A stretch of DNA of 64,000 nucleotides from Candidatus Poribacteria bacterium (GTDB lineage: Bacteria > Poribacteria > WGA-4E > WGA-3G), in NCBI GenBank assembly GCA_965197475.1, contig CBDANF010000003.1, forward strand, positions 1,120,001 through 1,184,000, in the 5' to 3' direction. Made by a program: the position numbers and the translations under genes. Each line of letters starts with the position of its first letter. The stretch's first letter is position 1. Below the pieces are notes generated by a model, which did no database searches, was not told where the DNA came from, and saw nothing but the letters and a program-made list of their open reading frames with translations. Of this stretch, positions 39,164 through 48,893 are shown in pieces.

Positions 39164-39207
39164 TTTAGGCATAACTAAATTATATGTTAATGTCGAACTA
39201 AAGTCAA
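39164..39207 (-). promoter_or_regulatory. mntR operon promoter with DtxR/MntR-type operator
   Basis: TTGACT-17-TATAAT (39207-39179); palindrome TTTAG-N6-CTAAA (39164-39179) over the start site. Confidence 0.8.
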
Positions 39208-39426
39208 GAGAAAATTGACAAACCCGAAATCTATAGGGAAAATTATAGGACAAATGGTGTAAATACCTAAAATTTTGCGAATTTAAAAAAGTTGAAATTT
39301 TCTGTAACCTATCTTGCAATACATACGCTGAATAAGGTATATATGGAAATTATGCGCGTGTAACACAAATTTGTAGTGAGGAAGTTACACTGCCATTAAC
39401 CATATTTTGCATAAGGGGATTTAACA

Positions 39427-39705
39427 ATGAAAAACCGAGATATGAATACCACAATCCAGAAAGTGACCGCGCTGGACATCCGCCACCTGAGCAGGATTTG
39501 CCTACGCGGCATGCGTCGGTTGACGAATTTTAACTATAAGTTAATACCCCCCCCCCCCCACTTCACATTCGTTAATTTCAATCAATTTATTGGACAAAGT
39601 CTTATCGCAGATGTTAGCAGCTGCGATTTTTCGCGCACGCACGCGCTCTGTTTCATACGGAGTGTCTCGTCGCGGGCTTTTGTTGTTGCATTTGCTGTAC
39701 GTTAA
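39427..39705 (+). CDS. Small ORF / possible leader peptide with a C13 tract (poly-Pro)
   Basis: AAGGGG RBS; C13 at 39547-39559. Confidence 0.45.
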   Translation: MKNRDMNTTIQKVTALDIRHLSRICLRGMRRLTNFNYKLIPPPPHFTFVNFNQFIGQSLIADVSSCDFSRTHALCFIRSVSSRAFVVAFAVR

Positions 39706-39741
39706 TTTGGCTTGACATATTTTAATGGAGGATATACAATT

Positions 39742-40032
39742 GTGAAAACGAAGTTATTAACTACAAAAGTTGACGTGGCAGCCATGGCTGCATACCGGAA
39801 AAACAGGCGGAGACTCATCACTGCAGTCGTTCTCATTTTGATTAGCGGGGTTATTCTGACCGGTGTTATTAAAATGACACGCGCAACACAGATGGATAAA
39901 CTTGACTGCACAGGACAACCCGGATCTGACAGTATCATATTGGATAAACAGGAAACGCCTTGTCCAAAATCAACCATACCGCGCTGCTCGCTGGACACAG
40001 AAACGCAAGGTAGGGACGCATTGACACGTTGA
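39742..40032 (+). CDS. Hypothetical single-TM protein
   Basis: GGAGG RBS before GTG 39742; basic stretch then hydrophobic helix. Confidence 0.55.
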   Translation: MKTKLLTTKVDVAAMAAYRKNRRRLITAVVLILISGVILTGVIKMTRATQMDKLDCTGQPGSDSIILDKQETPCPKSTIPRCSLDTETQGRDALTR

Positions 40033-40135
40033 GTTGGCATCTTTAGCGTTTGACCGATTTTACAGACATAGTTTGCAACTCGGTTGCTGTGGATTCTACT
40101 ATAGAAACTGTAGCAATCGTTAAGGAGGACTCCTA

Positions 40136-41623
40136 ATGAAAGAAATTTTGATAAGTCGTCCCGTTATCTTTACCCTCATCGGTGGTCTGCTTCTTATCGG
40201 TGGCATCCTGATGTGGGAACGATGGGACAGGACACACTCTACCGAAACCGACACGGAAAGGAGACAACACATGGAACGGAAAACACCTGAAGAAACCGGA
40301 CACACTACGCAAACCAAGCAAGGGAAAACACGCGGAAGCACAACGCACTCCTATTCACATAGATATGACAATCCACGCCGGAAAAGGCAACCTATCCCAC
40401 AAGAAACATCAAGTAGCCTTGAGCAATTAAGATTAGAATATCGGGATAAGATAATAGAGAGACGTTCCTTTGAATCTCCCTATGGATATTGTGAATATGA
40501 TGTGTATCCAGATGAGTATTATGAAAAAGAACTGGAAATCTTGTGCGGCGACATGGAACCTGAACAGGCAGCAGATTATCTGGAATCGGTTCCTCTCTTT
40601 TGTCGAGGACTCCTTAGGCACTTAGATACCGTGCGTGCGTTTCAATATCTGGCGACGGTAACTTATATACCTGAAGTGCGTGAGTACGCGGAACGCGTCA
40701 TTGCGGAAAATCCTGGCACTACCGTTGAACTTGAAGCACGATTTTACCTTGCTGATGTCGTGCTTCTATTTACAGGGGCTCTTGCTGAAAGAGCACAAGC
40801 ATATCGAGAGATACTGGATATCGTTCCGAATTCAACGGAAGCCTTAGAGAGCTTAGGGTTTACGCTGATTACTGATGATAAACCAGCGGAAGCGATTCCA
40901 TATTTGAAGAAGCTAAATCGCTTGAACCCCGGCGCGGGAAATTATAGTTTAGGAGAATCGTATGAAAAGTTAGGCGATGTCAAAACCGCTTGGACATACT
41001 ACAAAAAAGCATTACGAGGTAGAGCGTATCACTCGCCGATTGCGTTGGGAAGCAGACAGCATATTGAAGCAATTGAAGCGGGGGATCCGATTTTTAAGCC
41101 TGTTGTGCAGGATCCTCACGCATCTGTATCTTCGGCTACCCCACGTGAATCTACGATGGAACACCGTGGTTTACAAGAACATGCACACCCCACCGAAGTG
41201 TCAACTGACGATCCTTCCTGGACAGAACGCGAATCCACCTCCCCACAGGATACACAAGACGATAACGACGAAAGAAGACGCGCTGCGGCGGCAGCACAAC
41301 AGGCACACGATGACTTCCTAAAACACCAAGAGCTCTCACAAAAGGAGCTTGACGATTTTCTGCAATGGGCAGAAACCATCATGAACGCTGACTCTCCTAT
41401 GGATACGAACAACTTCCTGATGAAGGAGATGGAAGCACACCTCAAGGGTGGGCAAGCACAGTTTGAACCTGATCGGATTGTCCGCGCATTTGAAACCATT
41501 GAACGTTATGGACCGGCAGAGGGGATAAAGCATCTCCAAAAAGCCGATCCTGATCTTGCAAAGCAGGTGCAGCAGCTTCTTGCAGAGAAACGCACGCCAC
41601 ACCAGAACAAAAAACAAAACTGA
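40136..41623 (+). CDS. Membrane-anchored TPR protein with C-terminal RYGPxEG helical domain
   Basis: AAGGAGG RBS, N-terminal TM, central TPR-like helices. Confidence 0.8.
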   Translation: MKEILISRPVIFTLIGGLLLIGGILMWERWDRTHSTETDTERRQHMERKTPEETGHTTQTKQGKTRGSTTHSYSHRYDNPRRKRQPIPQETSSSLEQLRLEYRDKIIERRSFESPYGYCEYDVYPDEYYEKELEILCGDMEPEQAADYLESVPLFCRGLLRHLDTVRAFQYLATVTYIPEVREYAERVIAENPGTTVELEARFYLADVVLLFTGALAERAQAYREILDIVPNSTEALESLGFTLITDDKPAEAIPYLKKLNRLNPGAGNYSLGESYEKLGDVKTAWTYYKKALRGRAYHSPIALGSRQHIEAIEAGDPIFKPVVQDPHASVSSATPRESTMEHRGLQEHAHPTEVSTDDPSWTERESTSPQDTQDDNDERRRAAAAAQQAHDDFLKHQELSQKELDDFLQWAETIMNADSPMDTNNFLMKEMEAHLKGGQAQFEPDRIVRAFETIERYGPAEGIKHLQKADPDLAKQVQQLLAEKRTPHQNKKQN

Positions 41624-41643
41624 AGATAAAAGGTGAATATTCA

Positions 41644-42011
41644 ATGAAATTTTTTAGACTACTTTTAGCAAGCGGCTTCTGTCTGTTGTGCATCTTTAGC
41701 ATCGGCACTCCTATAGAAGCTTCTACAATCACAATCCAACCTCTTGATATCAACTGGCGCCCACGTGCAATTTCCGACTGTTCCACAGACGAAGAAAAAG
41801 AAAAAACCTATGCTAACGTGACAATAACTCTCCAAAATGTAGATTTTCCAACAGATCCAAATTCGAAAAAGCTGCCGTATGTCAAAGTGTTCCTCTCGGA
41901 GGTCACTGAATGGAAAGGTATCTGTGGGAATGACAGCGATTCAGAATACTCTACATTGCCAAGCCATCTTGAAAACGATGACCTTGTTTTAGAACGAACT
42001 GACTCACATAA
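41644..42011 (+). pseudogene. Secreted protein truncated by IS insertion
   Basis: Signal peptide; frame runs into the IS5-like element end near 42012. Confidence 0.65.
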
Positions 42012-42693
42012 TAGACATTATAATGATTTAAATAACAGGAGTTTCATAACGCCAGGGTCTAAAGTTTAGTCGGAAGTTGTGTAAACCACAACAAGTTTCC
42101 ATAACTAAATCACAAAACCCTTTCTTCCAATTCCTGAGTTTATCTTTGACAATGCGGCATCTTTTGACACCACTAATCACATGTTCAACGCGTATGCGTA
42201 TAGACACTATCTTTCGATTGTTTTCTTTTTCTTCATTCGTCCGTTCTCTACCTCTCGGTTTTTTCTTCGGTTGAATGATGTTTATATCCGGGAGAACGAA
42301 ACCCTGAAAACCGGTATCTTGGGACAATGTGCTTCCCTGTGGCACACAATAGCCCACCATATCGGCTATGTGTTTGTCATGATATCTCCCTTCAAAAGAA
42401 GGTGTCAATAGGACAACTTTGCAGGTCTCATTGATAATCAGATTATTTTTCACTGTATGGCATTTCTTTTTACCACTATAATACGCCTTTTGAGTTGAGG
42501 GGTCTTTTGGACGCTGTATCAGACGCTCCGTGCCATCATGAAAAAAAATGTTCTACTTCTTGACTTTGAGTTGATACCTCACAAGCATCACACATAGGTG
42601 CGGGGTCTGTTTCCCGAGATGGCAACTCTTCAAGTTTTGCTAATGCTTTGTTCAATATCGATAAAAGCAAGTGTATCCATTTATTAGCAAGAG
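42012..42693 (-). mobile_element. IS5-like (DDE_Tnp_4) element, 3' half only
   Basis: ANKWIH...LP frame, T8 frameshift at 42541-42548, then HDGTER..RPKD..YYSGKKKCHTVKN..QDTGFQG..RIRVEHVI..GLHNFR; cut by IS3; left boundary approximate. Confidence 0.8.
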
Positions 42694-42732
42694 TGAAGTG
42701 CTACCGTTTATTCAGACCAAAATTTAGCAAAG

Positions 42733-43563
42733 TTAAGACAAGTTTTTTTGCTCAAATTCCACAGGTGTCAAATACCCTAACGCAGAGTGAGGGCGTTTGT
42801 GATTATATACTTGTGTAATAAAATGCCCAATGCGGGCTCTCGCTTCGTGGATGTCCTCATAGTCGTTGAGATGAACTTCTTCTTCCTTGAGCGTGCGGAT
42901 AAGTCTTTCAGCATATCCGTTCTCCCAAGGACACCCTCTCCGGGCGACTGAAATCTCAATCCCATGATGCCTAAGCAGTGAGATGGACGCATTTGAAAGA
43001 TATTGAACGCCTTGATCAGAATGATGGATCTCTGGGACATTTTGACATAATGCTGTCTCCAAAGGTTTCAACGTTAGAGATTGCGTCAAGTGTTGACTGA
43101 TATACCACCCTCTGATCATGCGAGTGAAGACATCCATGAGCAGACAAACATAGATAAAGTGTCCTTTGAGGCGGACGTAGGTGATATCGCCCACCCAGAC
43201 CTGATCACATCGGGAGACATCAAGGTTTTCAAGGCGATTGCTCCAGGGACGCACACCCGCAACGGATGTCGTGGTTTGACAGACACGCTTGACAGAAACC
43301 GAGAGGTTGGCGGACTTCATCAATCGGGCAACACGTTTATACCCGATGGTGTATCCGCTACGCACCAACAACTGTGTGGGACGCCTATATCCGTATGTTG
43401 GATATAGCAAAGATAACGTCTCTATTTCATCCTGGAGGCCCGCTTCACACGGGGCCTGCTTGGGGTGATAATAGAGGTTGCTTCGGTTGAAACCGAGTGT
43501 CTCACATATCTGCCGAACCGAAAAGTCTGTCCGTAATGCCGTAACCATTTCTCGTTGCTCCAT
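42733..43563 (-). CDS. IS3 transposase OrfB (DDE)
   Basis: WVGDITY, HHSDQGVQY, ENGYAER, HSALGY. Confidence 0.93.
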   Translation of the reverse strand: MEQREMVTALRTDFSVRQICETLGFNRSNLYYHPKQAPCEAGLQDEIETLSLLYPTYGYRRPTQLLVRSGYTIGYKRVARLMKSANLSVSVKRVCQTTTSVAGVRPWSNRLENLDVSRCDQVWVGDITYVRLKGHFIYVCLLMDVFTRMIRGWYISQHLTQSLTLKPLETALCQNVPEIHHSDQGVQYLSNASISLLRHHGIEISVARRGCPWENGYAERLIRTLKEEEVHLNDYEDIHEARARIGHFITQVYNHKRPHSALGYLTPVEFEQKNLS

Positions 43564-43568
43564 CGGGG

Positions 43569-43859
43569 TTAGCTCAAGTAAGTTGAGGCTTTTTTTTGGA
43601 TGTCAAGTGCCAGGGTCAACCGCCCAACGAGTTGCTCAAGTTGGGCGATCCGCTCCGCAGAGGCATCAGACTGTTTATCAGCGGGTTCAAAGAGGGTCGC
43701 CGCTTTTTCAAGAAGCTGTCGCTTCCACTTTGAAAGTTGTTCATCGATGAGGTTATGTCGCCGACACACTTCTGCTTGGGAACTTTCAACGCTGAGAGCC
43801 TCAAGAACAACTTCGGCTTTAAACTCGGGGGTGAAGTTTCTTCGTTTTCGTTTCGCCAT
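43569..43859 (-). CDS. IS3 transposase OrfA, with A8G -1 frameshift site at 43589-43597
   Basis: FTPEFKAEVV HTH; the -1 frame KKSLNLLELTPME joins OrfB. Confidence 0.92.
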   Translation of the reverse strand: MAKRKRRNFTPEFKAEVVLEALSVESSQAEVCRRHNLIDEQLSKWKRQLLEKAATLFEPADKQSDASAERIAQLEQLVGRLTLALDIQKKASTYLS

Positions 43860-43938
43860 CGGATACTCCTTTCAAGGAGATGGATATTATACCATAATCT
43901 TGTCTTAGAGAGTGGCCCGAATTTCCGATGGCAGTACA

Positions 43939-44085
43939 CTGCCAGAATTCAATCCATACGCGATGGGCTCTTTAGATGTAACTTCTCGGTCATCTCTCAA
44001 TCTCCCTGTGGATTTTGTCACGTTCACAACGCCCTGGTGCACGGGCAGTTCGGAGCATGTCCCAGGCCCGTGCCCTGGAGACTAA
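43939..44085 (+). pseudogene. Orphan 3' gene remnant (48 codons)
   Basis: Open frame LPEFNPY...PWCTGSSEHVPGPCPGD* directly after IS3, followed by a terminator. Confidence 0.5.
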
Positions 44086-44113
44086 AACCTCTTGACTTTG
44101 GCACACATAACCT

Positions 44114-44145
44114 AAAAGCAAGTACTACGGTACTTGCTTTTTTTT
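44114..44145 (+). terminator. Intrinsic terminator
   Basis: aaaagcaagtac-tacg-gtacttgc-tttttttt. Confidence 0.9.
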
Positions 44146-44261
44146 ATAAACGTTTTAATTCTGTTGTTGCTATTCTTATTATAACCACGCAGCCTACATC
44201 TTACACAAAGTGGATATTTTTCGTAAGTTATGCTATTCTTTTAACAAGAGGAGGGAAAACA

Positions 44262-44765
44262 ATGCGAAAATTGTGGATAAAGTGGACTGTGCATATCTTA
44301 GGATCTGTTGTGTTATTCTGTTGTGTCTTTGCATGGGCACAGAAAAGTGATGCCCCAGTGAAGGAAGGTATCACTTTGGCGGATCTCGGTGTGACACCGG
44401 AACAGAAAACCCAAATTGAGGCGATGTGGAAACTGAAACGCCAGAAACATATACAGGCAGTCAAATATTTGAAAACCTTGAATCGGTTTGTAAAGGATTC
44501 GCTTATTAAGGATAAAGAGATTCGGGAGACGTTGGAGAAGTTCCGCACGAAACGGAAAGAGCTGCAAGATCAGATTGATAAGGCAGAAAAAGCGTTAGGA
44601 CAAACATTACCGGCACGGGCACAACTTCATCTGACGGTTTTGGGTATTTTGGAAAACGGTTTGCCACGTAGAATTGCGAGGACAAAAACGGATAAAGAGG
44701 CTGGACAAAAAAATAGCGATGGCTCAACACCTGCTGAACAACCGCAGGACAAAATACCGCAATAA
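44262..44765 (+). CDS. Secreted Spy/CpxP-like helical protein
   Basis: GGAGG RBS, signal peptide, LGVTPEQK motif; the ORF-track start at 43737 is spurious. Confidence 0.75.
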   Translation: MRKLWIKWTVHILGSVVLFCCVFAWAQKSDAPVKEGITLADLGVTPEQKTQIEAMWKLKRQKHIQAVKYLKTLNRFVKDSLIKDKEIRETLEKFRTKRKELQDQIDKAEKALGQTLPARAQLHLTVLGILENGLPRRIARTKTDKEAGQKNSDGSTPAEQPQDKIPQ

Positions 44766-44769
44766 AAAA

Positions 44770-44845
44770 TGGTGGAGGATACCAGACTTGAACTGGTGAC
44801 CCCTTGCATGCCATGCAAGTGCTCTCCCAACTGAGCTAATCCCCC
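44770..44845 (-). tRNA. tRNA-Ala(GGC)
   Basis: GGGGGATTAGCTCAGTTGGGAGAGCACTTGCATGGCATGCAAGGGGTCACCAGTTCAAGTCTGGTATCCTCCACCA cloverleaf with encoded CCA. Confidence 0.98.
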
Positions 44846-44919
44846 ACTTGATTTAACTTTTTTAATGATAACATATATCCGCGTAAAAAGCAAATAAAAT
44901 TTAAGTTTTCAGGAAAATT

Positions 44920-45753
44920 ATGAAAAATAGTGAAACTGACGTATTTTTTTATTTTGCAGACCAGCCAGATAGCGAGGTTGGACTCGCTACCGGTGCATTA
45001 CTTATTGCACAAAGCGAATATCCGGATGTCAATATTGACGGTTACCTTCAGAAATTAGATCAAATGGCTGATGAAGTCAGGGAGAGGGTTTGTGAGATAG
45101 CACCTCCGCACGAACAGATTGCTGAATACAATCGGTATTTCTTTGCAGAAAACAGGTTTAAAAGAGAAGTAACCGGTTTTTACGATCCTGCTAACAACTA
45201 TCTCAACGATGTTATTGATAGAAGAACTGGTATTGATGTGACGCTTTACATCCTGTATATTGAAATCGGTAGAAAAGCAGGATTACCGATCTCCGCTATC
45301 AATGTGCCCTGTTATTCCATTGCCAGGTACAAATTCAAGCATTTTGATATTTTTTTAGATTTAGGTGATGAAGGGCGAATTATATCTGAACAGGTATTCC
45401 AAGAGAAGTTAGAAAGTATATATGGTGAGGAGGCTTACCTTGAACGTAGATCGCTCAATAAAGATGCGAATAAGGAGACATTAGCTCGCATTTTGCGTAA
45501 TCTGGCGCGGATATACACCGATGAAAATGAATATGAAAAAGCGATTCAAGCACTCAAACGTGTTACATGGCTTATACCGCAGTATATGACCCCGTATCGT
45601 CGCCTCGGACATCTTTTCTATCAGATAAGAGATTATAATGAAGCACTCATTGCTTTTGAAACATACCTCAGCGGTGTAGAGAGTCCATCAATCGAAGAAA
45701 GTGTCATTGATAATATTCTAATGCTTCGAAAAATACTGGCGAAGCTGAATTGA
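44920..45753 (+). CDS. SirB1 / transglutaminase-like TPR protein
   Basis: ALLIAQSEYP, YDPANNYLNDVIDRRTGI, ILRNL, TPR. Confidence 0.85.
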   Translation: MKNSETDVFFYFADQPDSEVGLATGALLIAQSEYPDVNIDGYLQKLDQMADEVRERVCEIAPPHEQIAEYNRYFFAENRFKREVTGFYDPANNYLNDVIDRRTGIDVTLYILYIEIGRKAGLPISAINVPCYSIARYKFKHFDIFLDLGDEGRIISEQVFQEKLESIYGEEAYLERRSLNKDANKETLARILRNLARIYTDENEYEKAIQALKRVTWLIPQYMTPYRRLGHLFYQIRDYNEALIAFETYLSGVESPSIEESVIDNILMLRKILAKLN

Positions 45754-45763
45754 AGGAGTCCCT

Positions 45764-47155
45764 ATGATTAGCAAAACTGAAATTACCAGCGAAAAATTAA
45801 ATCCGAATTCACCTTTTTTCTCCGTTGCCCTCGCACCGACCAACGAGGAACAACATCTGCTTTTTACGCTCAAAAACCTCGGCAAACTGCCAGAAGGTTT
45901 TGATGGACAGTTGTTTGTGCCTTTATTGGAACACCACAACCCGAAAATTCGGTGTCTCGCAATAAAAAATGTTGGAAAGCTAAAAGACGAACGTTTTTTA
46001 TCAAAACTCGTCGCGTTTGCTGAAACCGAGAAAAACACAATCGCTCGCCGTGAAGCCGTATCAGCAATAGGCAGACTCAAAACCGAAAACGCAATTCCGA
46101 TTTTGACCCATTTTACCTTGGATACTGATCCAAAGATTATACTGCAGGCACTACGCGGATTGCTTTATTTCAGAGAACATCCCGAAGTTAAAACGGCGTT
46201 AGCCTCACTTGCTGAACATCCTAATGAGTTGATTCGGGAGCATATAGCGAGAGAACTGAAGTGTCATGACCGAACGGACACCTCCAAAACGCGAAACCAT
46301 CCTATCAGTCCAGATTCACTTAAAAATGTAATGGTATGTGCTGATGTTCAGGATGTGTTAAAAGTTATTCCGGACGAGTCTATCCATCTTACTTTTACAT
46401 CTCCACCGTATTACAATGCGCGCGACTATACCATTTTTCCGAGTTATGAGGCATATCTCGACTTTCTGACCGCTGTATTCAGGGAGACGCATCGTATTAC
46501 CAAAGAGGGAAGATTTTTCGTACTTAATACGTCACCTATTATCGTGCCGCGCATTAGCCGTGCACATTCCAGTAAACGGTATGCAATCCCTTACGACATT
46601 CACCCGCGCCTTACCGAGATCGGGTGGGAGTTTATTGACGACATTGTATGGGTTAAACCTGATTACGCTGCGAAAAATCGAAATGGCGGATTTTTCCAAC
46701 ATCGTAAACCGCTCGGTTACAAGGCGAATTCAGTTACTGAAAGTGTTATGGTGTATCGCAAGAAAACAGATAAGTTAATTGATTGGAATCTCCGACAGTA
46801 TGACGACGATACTATTGCTGCGAGCAAAGTTATGGGTGAATATGAAAAAACGAATGTTTGGCAAATCAATCCAGCAACAGATAAAGTTCACCCGGCGGTT
46901 TTTCCAACTGAATTAGCTGCGCGTGTCGTTCAGTATTATTCTTTTAAAGAGGATCTCGTTTTCGACCCATTTGGCGGGAGTGGGACTGTTGGACACGTTG
47001 CTCTGACTTATGAAAGATATTTTTTCCTCTGTGAAAAAGAGGCAGAGTATGTTGAACGCGCCAAACTAATGCTTGAAGCTGCTTTGTTTTCTACAACAAA
47101 GCCCCGTTTTTTTTCACTAACAGAGTTACAAACTGAGATAGTTGAAGGAAATTAG
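45764..47155 (+). CDS. HEAT-repeat-fused DNA methyltransferase (beta class, probably m4C)
   Basis: N-terminal HEAT repeats; TSPPY, HPAVF, DPFGGSGT. Confidence 0.9.
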   Translation: MISKTEITSEKLNPNSPFFSVALAPTNEEQHLLFTLKNLGKLPEGFDGQLFVPLLEHHNPKIRCLAIKNVGKLKDERFLSKLVAFAETEKNTIARREAVSAIGRLKTENAIPILTHFTLDTDPKIILQALRGLLYFREHPEVKTALASLAEHPNELIREHIARELKCHDRTDTSKTRNHPISPDSLKNVMVCADVQDVLKVIPDESIHLTFTSPPYYNARDYTIFPSYEAYLDFLTAVFRETHRITKEGRFFVLNTSPIIVPRISRAHSSKRYAIPYDIHPRLTEIGWEFIDDIVWVKPDYAAKNRNGGFFQHRKPLGYKANSVTESVMVYRKKTDKLIDWNLRQYDDDTIAASKVMGEYEKTNVWQINPATDKVHPAVFPTELAARVVQYYSFKEDLVFDPFGGSGTVGHVALTYERYFFLCEKEAEYVERAKLMLEAALFSTTKPRFFSLTELQTEIVEGN

Positions 47156-47160
47156 AAATT

Positions 47161-48153
47161 ATGACTATTACCGGTATTGTTATTAAAAATATTATCCGTA
47201 GACTCCTAGCAGGGGAGGATTACCGCTCCGAAGTTCTGGCATTAATTAACGCTGAATTTTTGGAATACGCTGTTGATTTTTTCAAGCGTGTAGCTTGTGC
47301 AAAGTTAGATAATATATCTGTAACGGTTGACTGGTACAAAAAGGAATTCCTCAATTCAGATTCATATCCCCCACAAGAAATCGCTATTCATTCAGGTCTG
47401 AATAAAAAAACAATTACAAATACATACAATTCAGCTAGCAAAAAAATTGTGTTAGAAGCATCCCTAAAACACTATGATACACTCTATAACGCCATTAACA
47501 GTTTGACTGAACAAGATGACCTTGATGTGTCGCTCACCATAAAATTCCGAGACGTTAGTGTTGATTTGAATATTAACGAGAGTTTAATTGTCATTAATAC
47601 ACTTGCTGTCAAACGCTCTGCCCTCCGTGGAGCATTATGGAGTACATCAGGGAAACAGGTCGAAAAACCTTTGATAGTTACGCTTTGCGCACTTTTCCAA
47701 GTACCGAAAAAATGCTATGATCAGAGGAATCTTCCAGAATCAGAACGAGAATCCGATTTTTATCTGTTTGATGAAACGGGAAAAGATTATCCTTGTGAAG
47801 TTAAGTTGATGGGAAAAGGTAATCCTGAAAGTGCAGATGCAGTATTCGCTCGCGGAGGTCGTGTTCTTGTTGCCAACAAACTCTCTGATACCAACAAACA
47901 ACAGATGGATAAAAATGGTATTCTCTGGGTGGAACTTCAAACTAAAGACGGATATAAACGGTTTGAGCATGTTCTTAAAACTCTGTCAATTCCTTGTAAA
48001 CCTTTTACTGGAAATCTCGAAGAAGCATTAGATAAAATTTTATCCATTATTCTTTCCGATGATGTCCAAGATTCTGTAACTCCAGAGGTGGTTTTGCAAG
48101 AGAATTTGCTTAATGACAACTCCGACTCAGAATTGCTAATTGAATTTGAATGA
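47161..48153 (+). CDS. Type II restriction endonuclease, CfrBI-family-like
   Basis: GKQVEKPL, ESDF, CEVKLMGKGNPESADA; adjacent to the MTase. Confidence 0.8.
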   Translation: MTITGIVIKNIIRRLLAGEDYRSEVLALINAEFLEYAVDFFKRVACAKLDNISVTVDWYKKEFLNSDSYPPQEIAIHSGLNKKTITNTYNSASKKIVLEASLKHYDTLYNAINSLTEQDDLDVSLTIKFRDVSVDLNINESLIVINTLAVKRSALRGALWSTSGKQVEKPLIVTLCALFQVPKKCYDQRNLPESERESDFYLFDETGKDYPCEVKLMGKGNPESADAVFARGGRVLVANKLSDTNKQQMDKNGILWVELQTKDGYKRFEHVLKTLSIPCKPFTGNLEEALDKILSIILSDDVQDSVTPEVVLQENLLNDNSDSELLIEFE

Positions 48154-48830
48154 AAATCTTAGGTATTGACACCTCAACCCCTATCGGCAGTGTTGCGCTC
48201 ATAGATGGCGAGAATATAGTCGCTGAACATACCCTCAATATCGTCCAAGCACACTCCTCCAGACTGATGCCCGCAATTGATAATGTTTTAAAGTGGGGGG
48301 ACATTACGCCAGATGGCTTAGACGGGTGTGCTGTCGGTATTGGTCCGGGGTCTTTTACCGGTATCCGTATCGGTGTTGCGACAGCGAAGTCGCTCTGCTA
48401 TGCCGTTGATAGACCGATTGTTGGTGTTTCGACTTTAGAGGCAATTGCATATAACCTGCGGTGGACAGATGGCGTTGTGTGTCCGATTCTTGATGCTCGG
48501 CGGCGTGAAATCTATGGATGTGTTTTTCGCGGCGGGACAGAATGGCAACGTCTCACTGACGATCTCTGCTTACCGATTGATGCGTTCTTAGACGAACTTG
48601 ATAGCCATATCTCACCAGATTGTGCTAACATTTTCGTTGGTGACGGTCTTGCGACCTATGGGGATAAAGTTCGAGAGAGGCATGGTGAGATGGCACATTT
48701 CGCAGATACTATTTTCAATGTTCCGCGCGGTGCAACTATTGCCAAACTCGGCGCGCAACGTCTGAAGCAAGACGATAGCGATAGTTATTGGACTTTAGTG
48801 CCGAACTATGTTAGAATCGGATTATATTAA
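48150..48830 (+). CDS. tsaB: tRNA t6A biosynthesis protein TsaB
   Basis: GIDTST, HSSRL, GPGSFTGIRIG, DARRREIY. Confidence 0.95.
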   Translation: MKILGIDTSTPIGSVALIDGENIVAEHTLNIVQAHSSRLMPAIDNVLKWGDITPDGLDGCAVGIGPGSFTGIRIGVATAKSLCYAVDRPIVGVSTLEAIAYNLRWTDGVVCPILDARRREIYGCVFRGGTEWQRLTDDLCLPIDAFLDELDSHISPDCANIFVGDGLATYGDKVRERHGEMAHFADTIFNVPRGATIAKLGAQRLKQDDSDSYWTLVPNYVRIGLY

Positions 48831-48893
48831 CAACTCACAACCAAAAACTGATTCCTAAATAACCTGCCCGTTTTCAATTCACTCTACCCTGAA

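Larger units (their letters stand above)
42694..43938 (-). mobile_element. IS3-family insertion sequence (1245 bp)
   Basis: Imperfect 26-bp TIRs TG...CA; orfA/orfB; no TSD. Confidence 0.93.

Noticed and set aside
40030-40053. Possible Sec readthrough at the TGA of the 39742 ORF
   Set aside because: Another stop follows within seven codons and no motif or hairpin supports it
43737-44261. N-terminal half of the 342-aa ORF
   Set aside because: Runs antisense through IS3 and across a terminator; the real start is 44262
44770-44845. tRNA-Ala as integration site of an island
   Set aside because: No integrase and no duplicated tRNA 3' end noticed in the window
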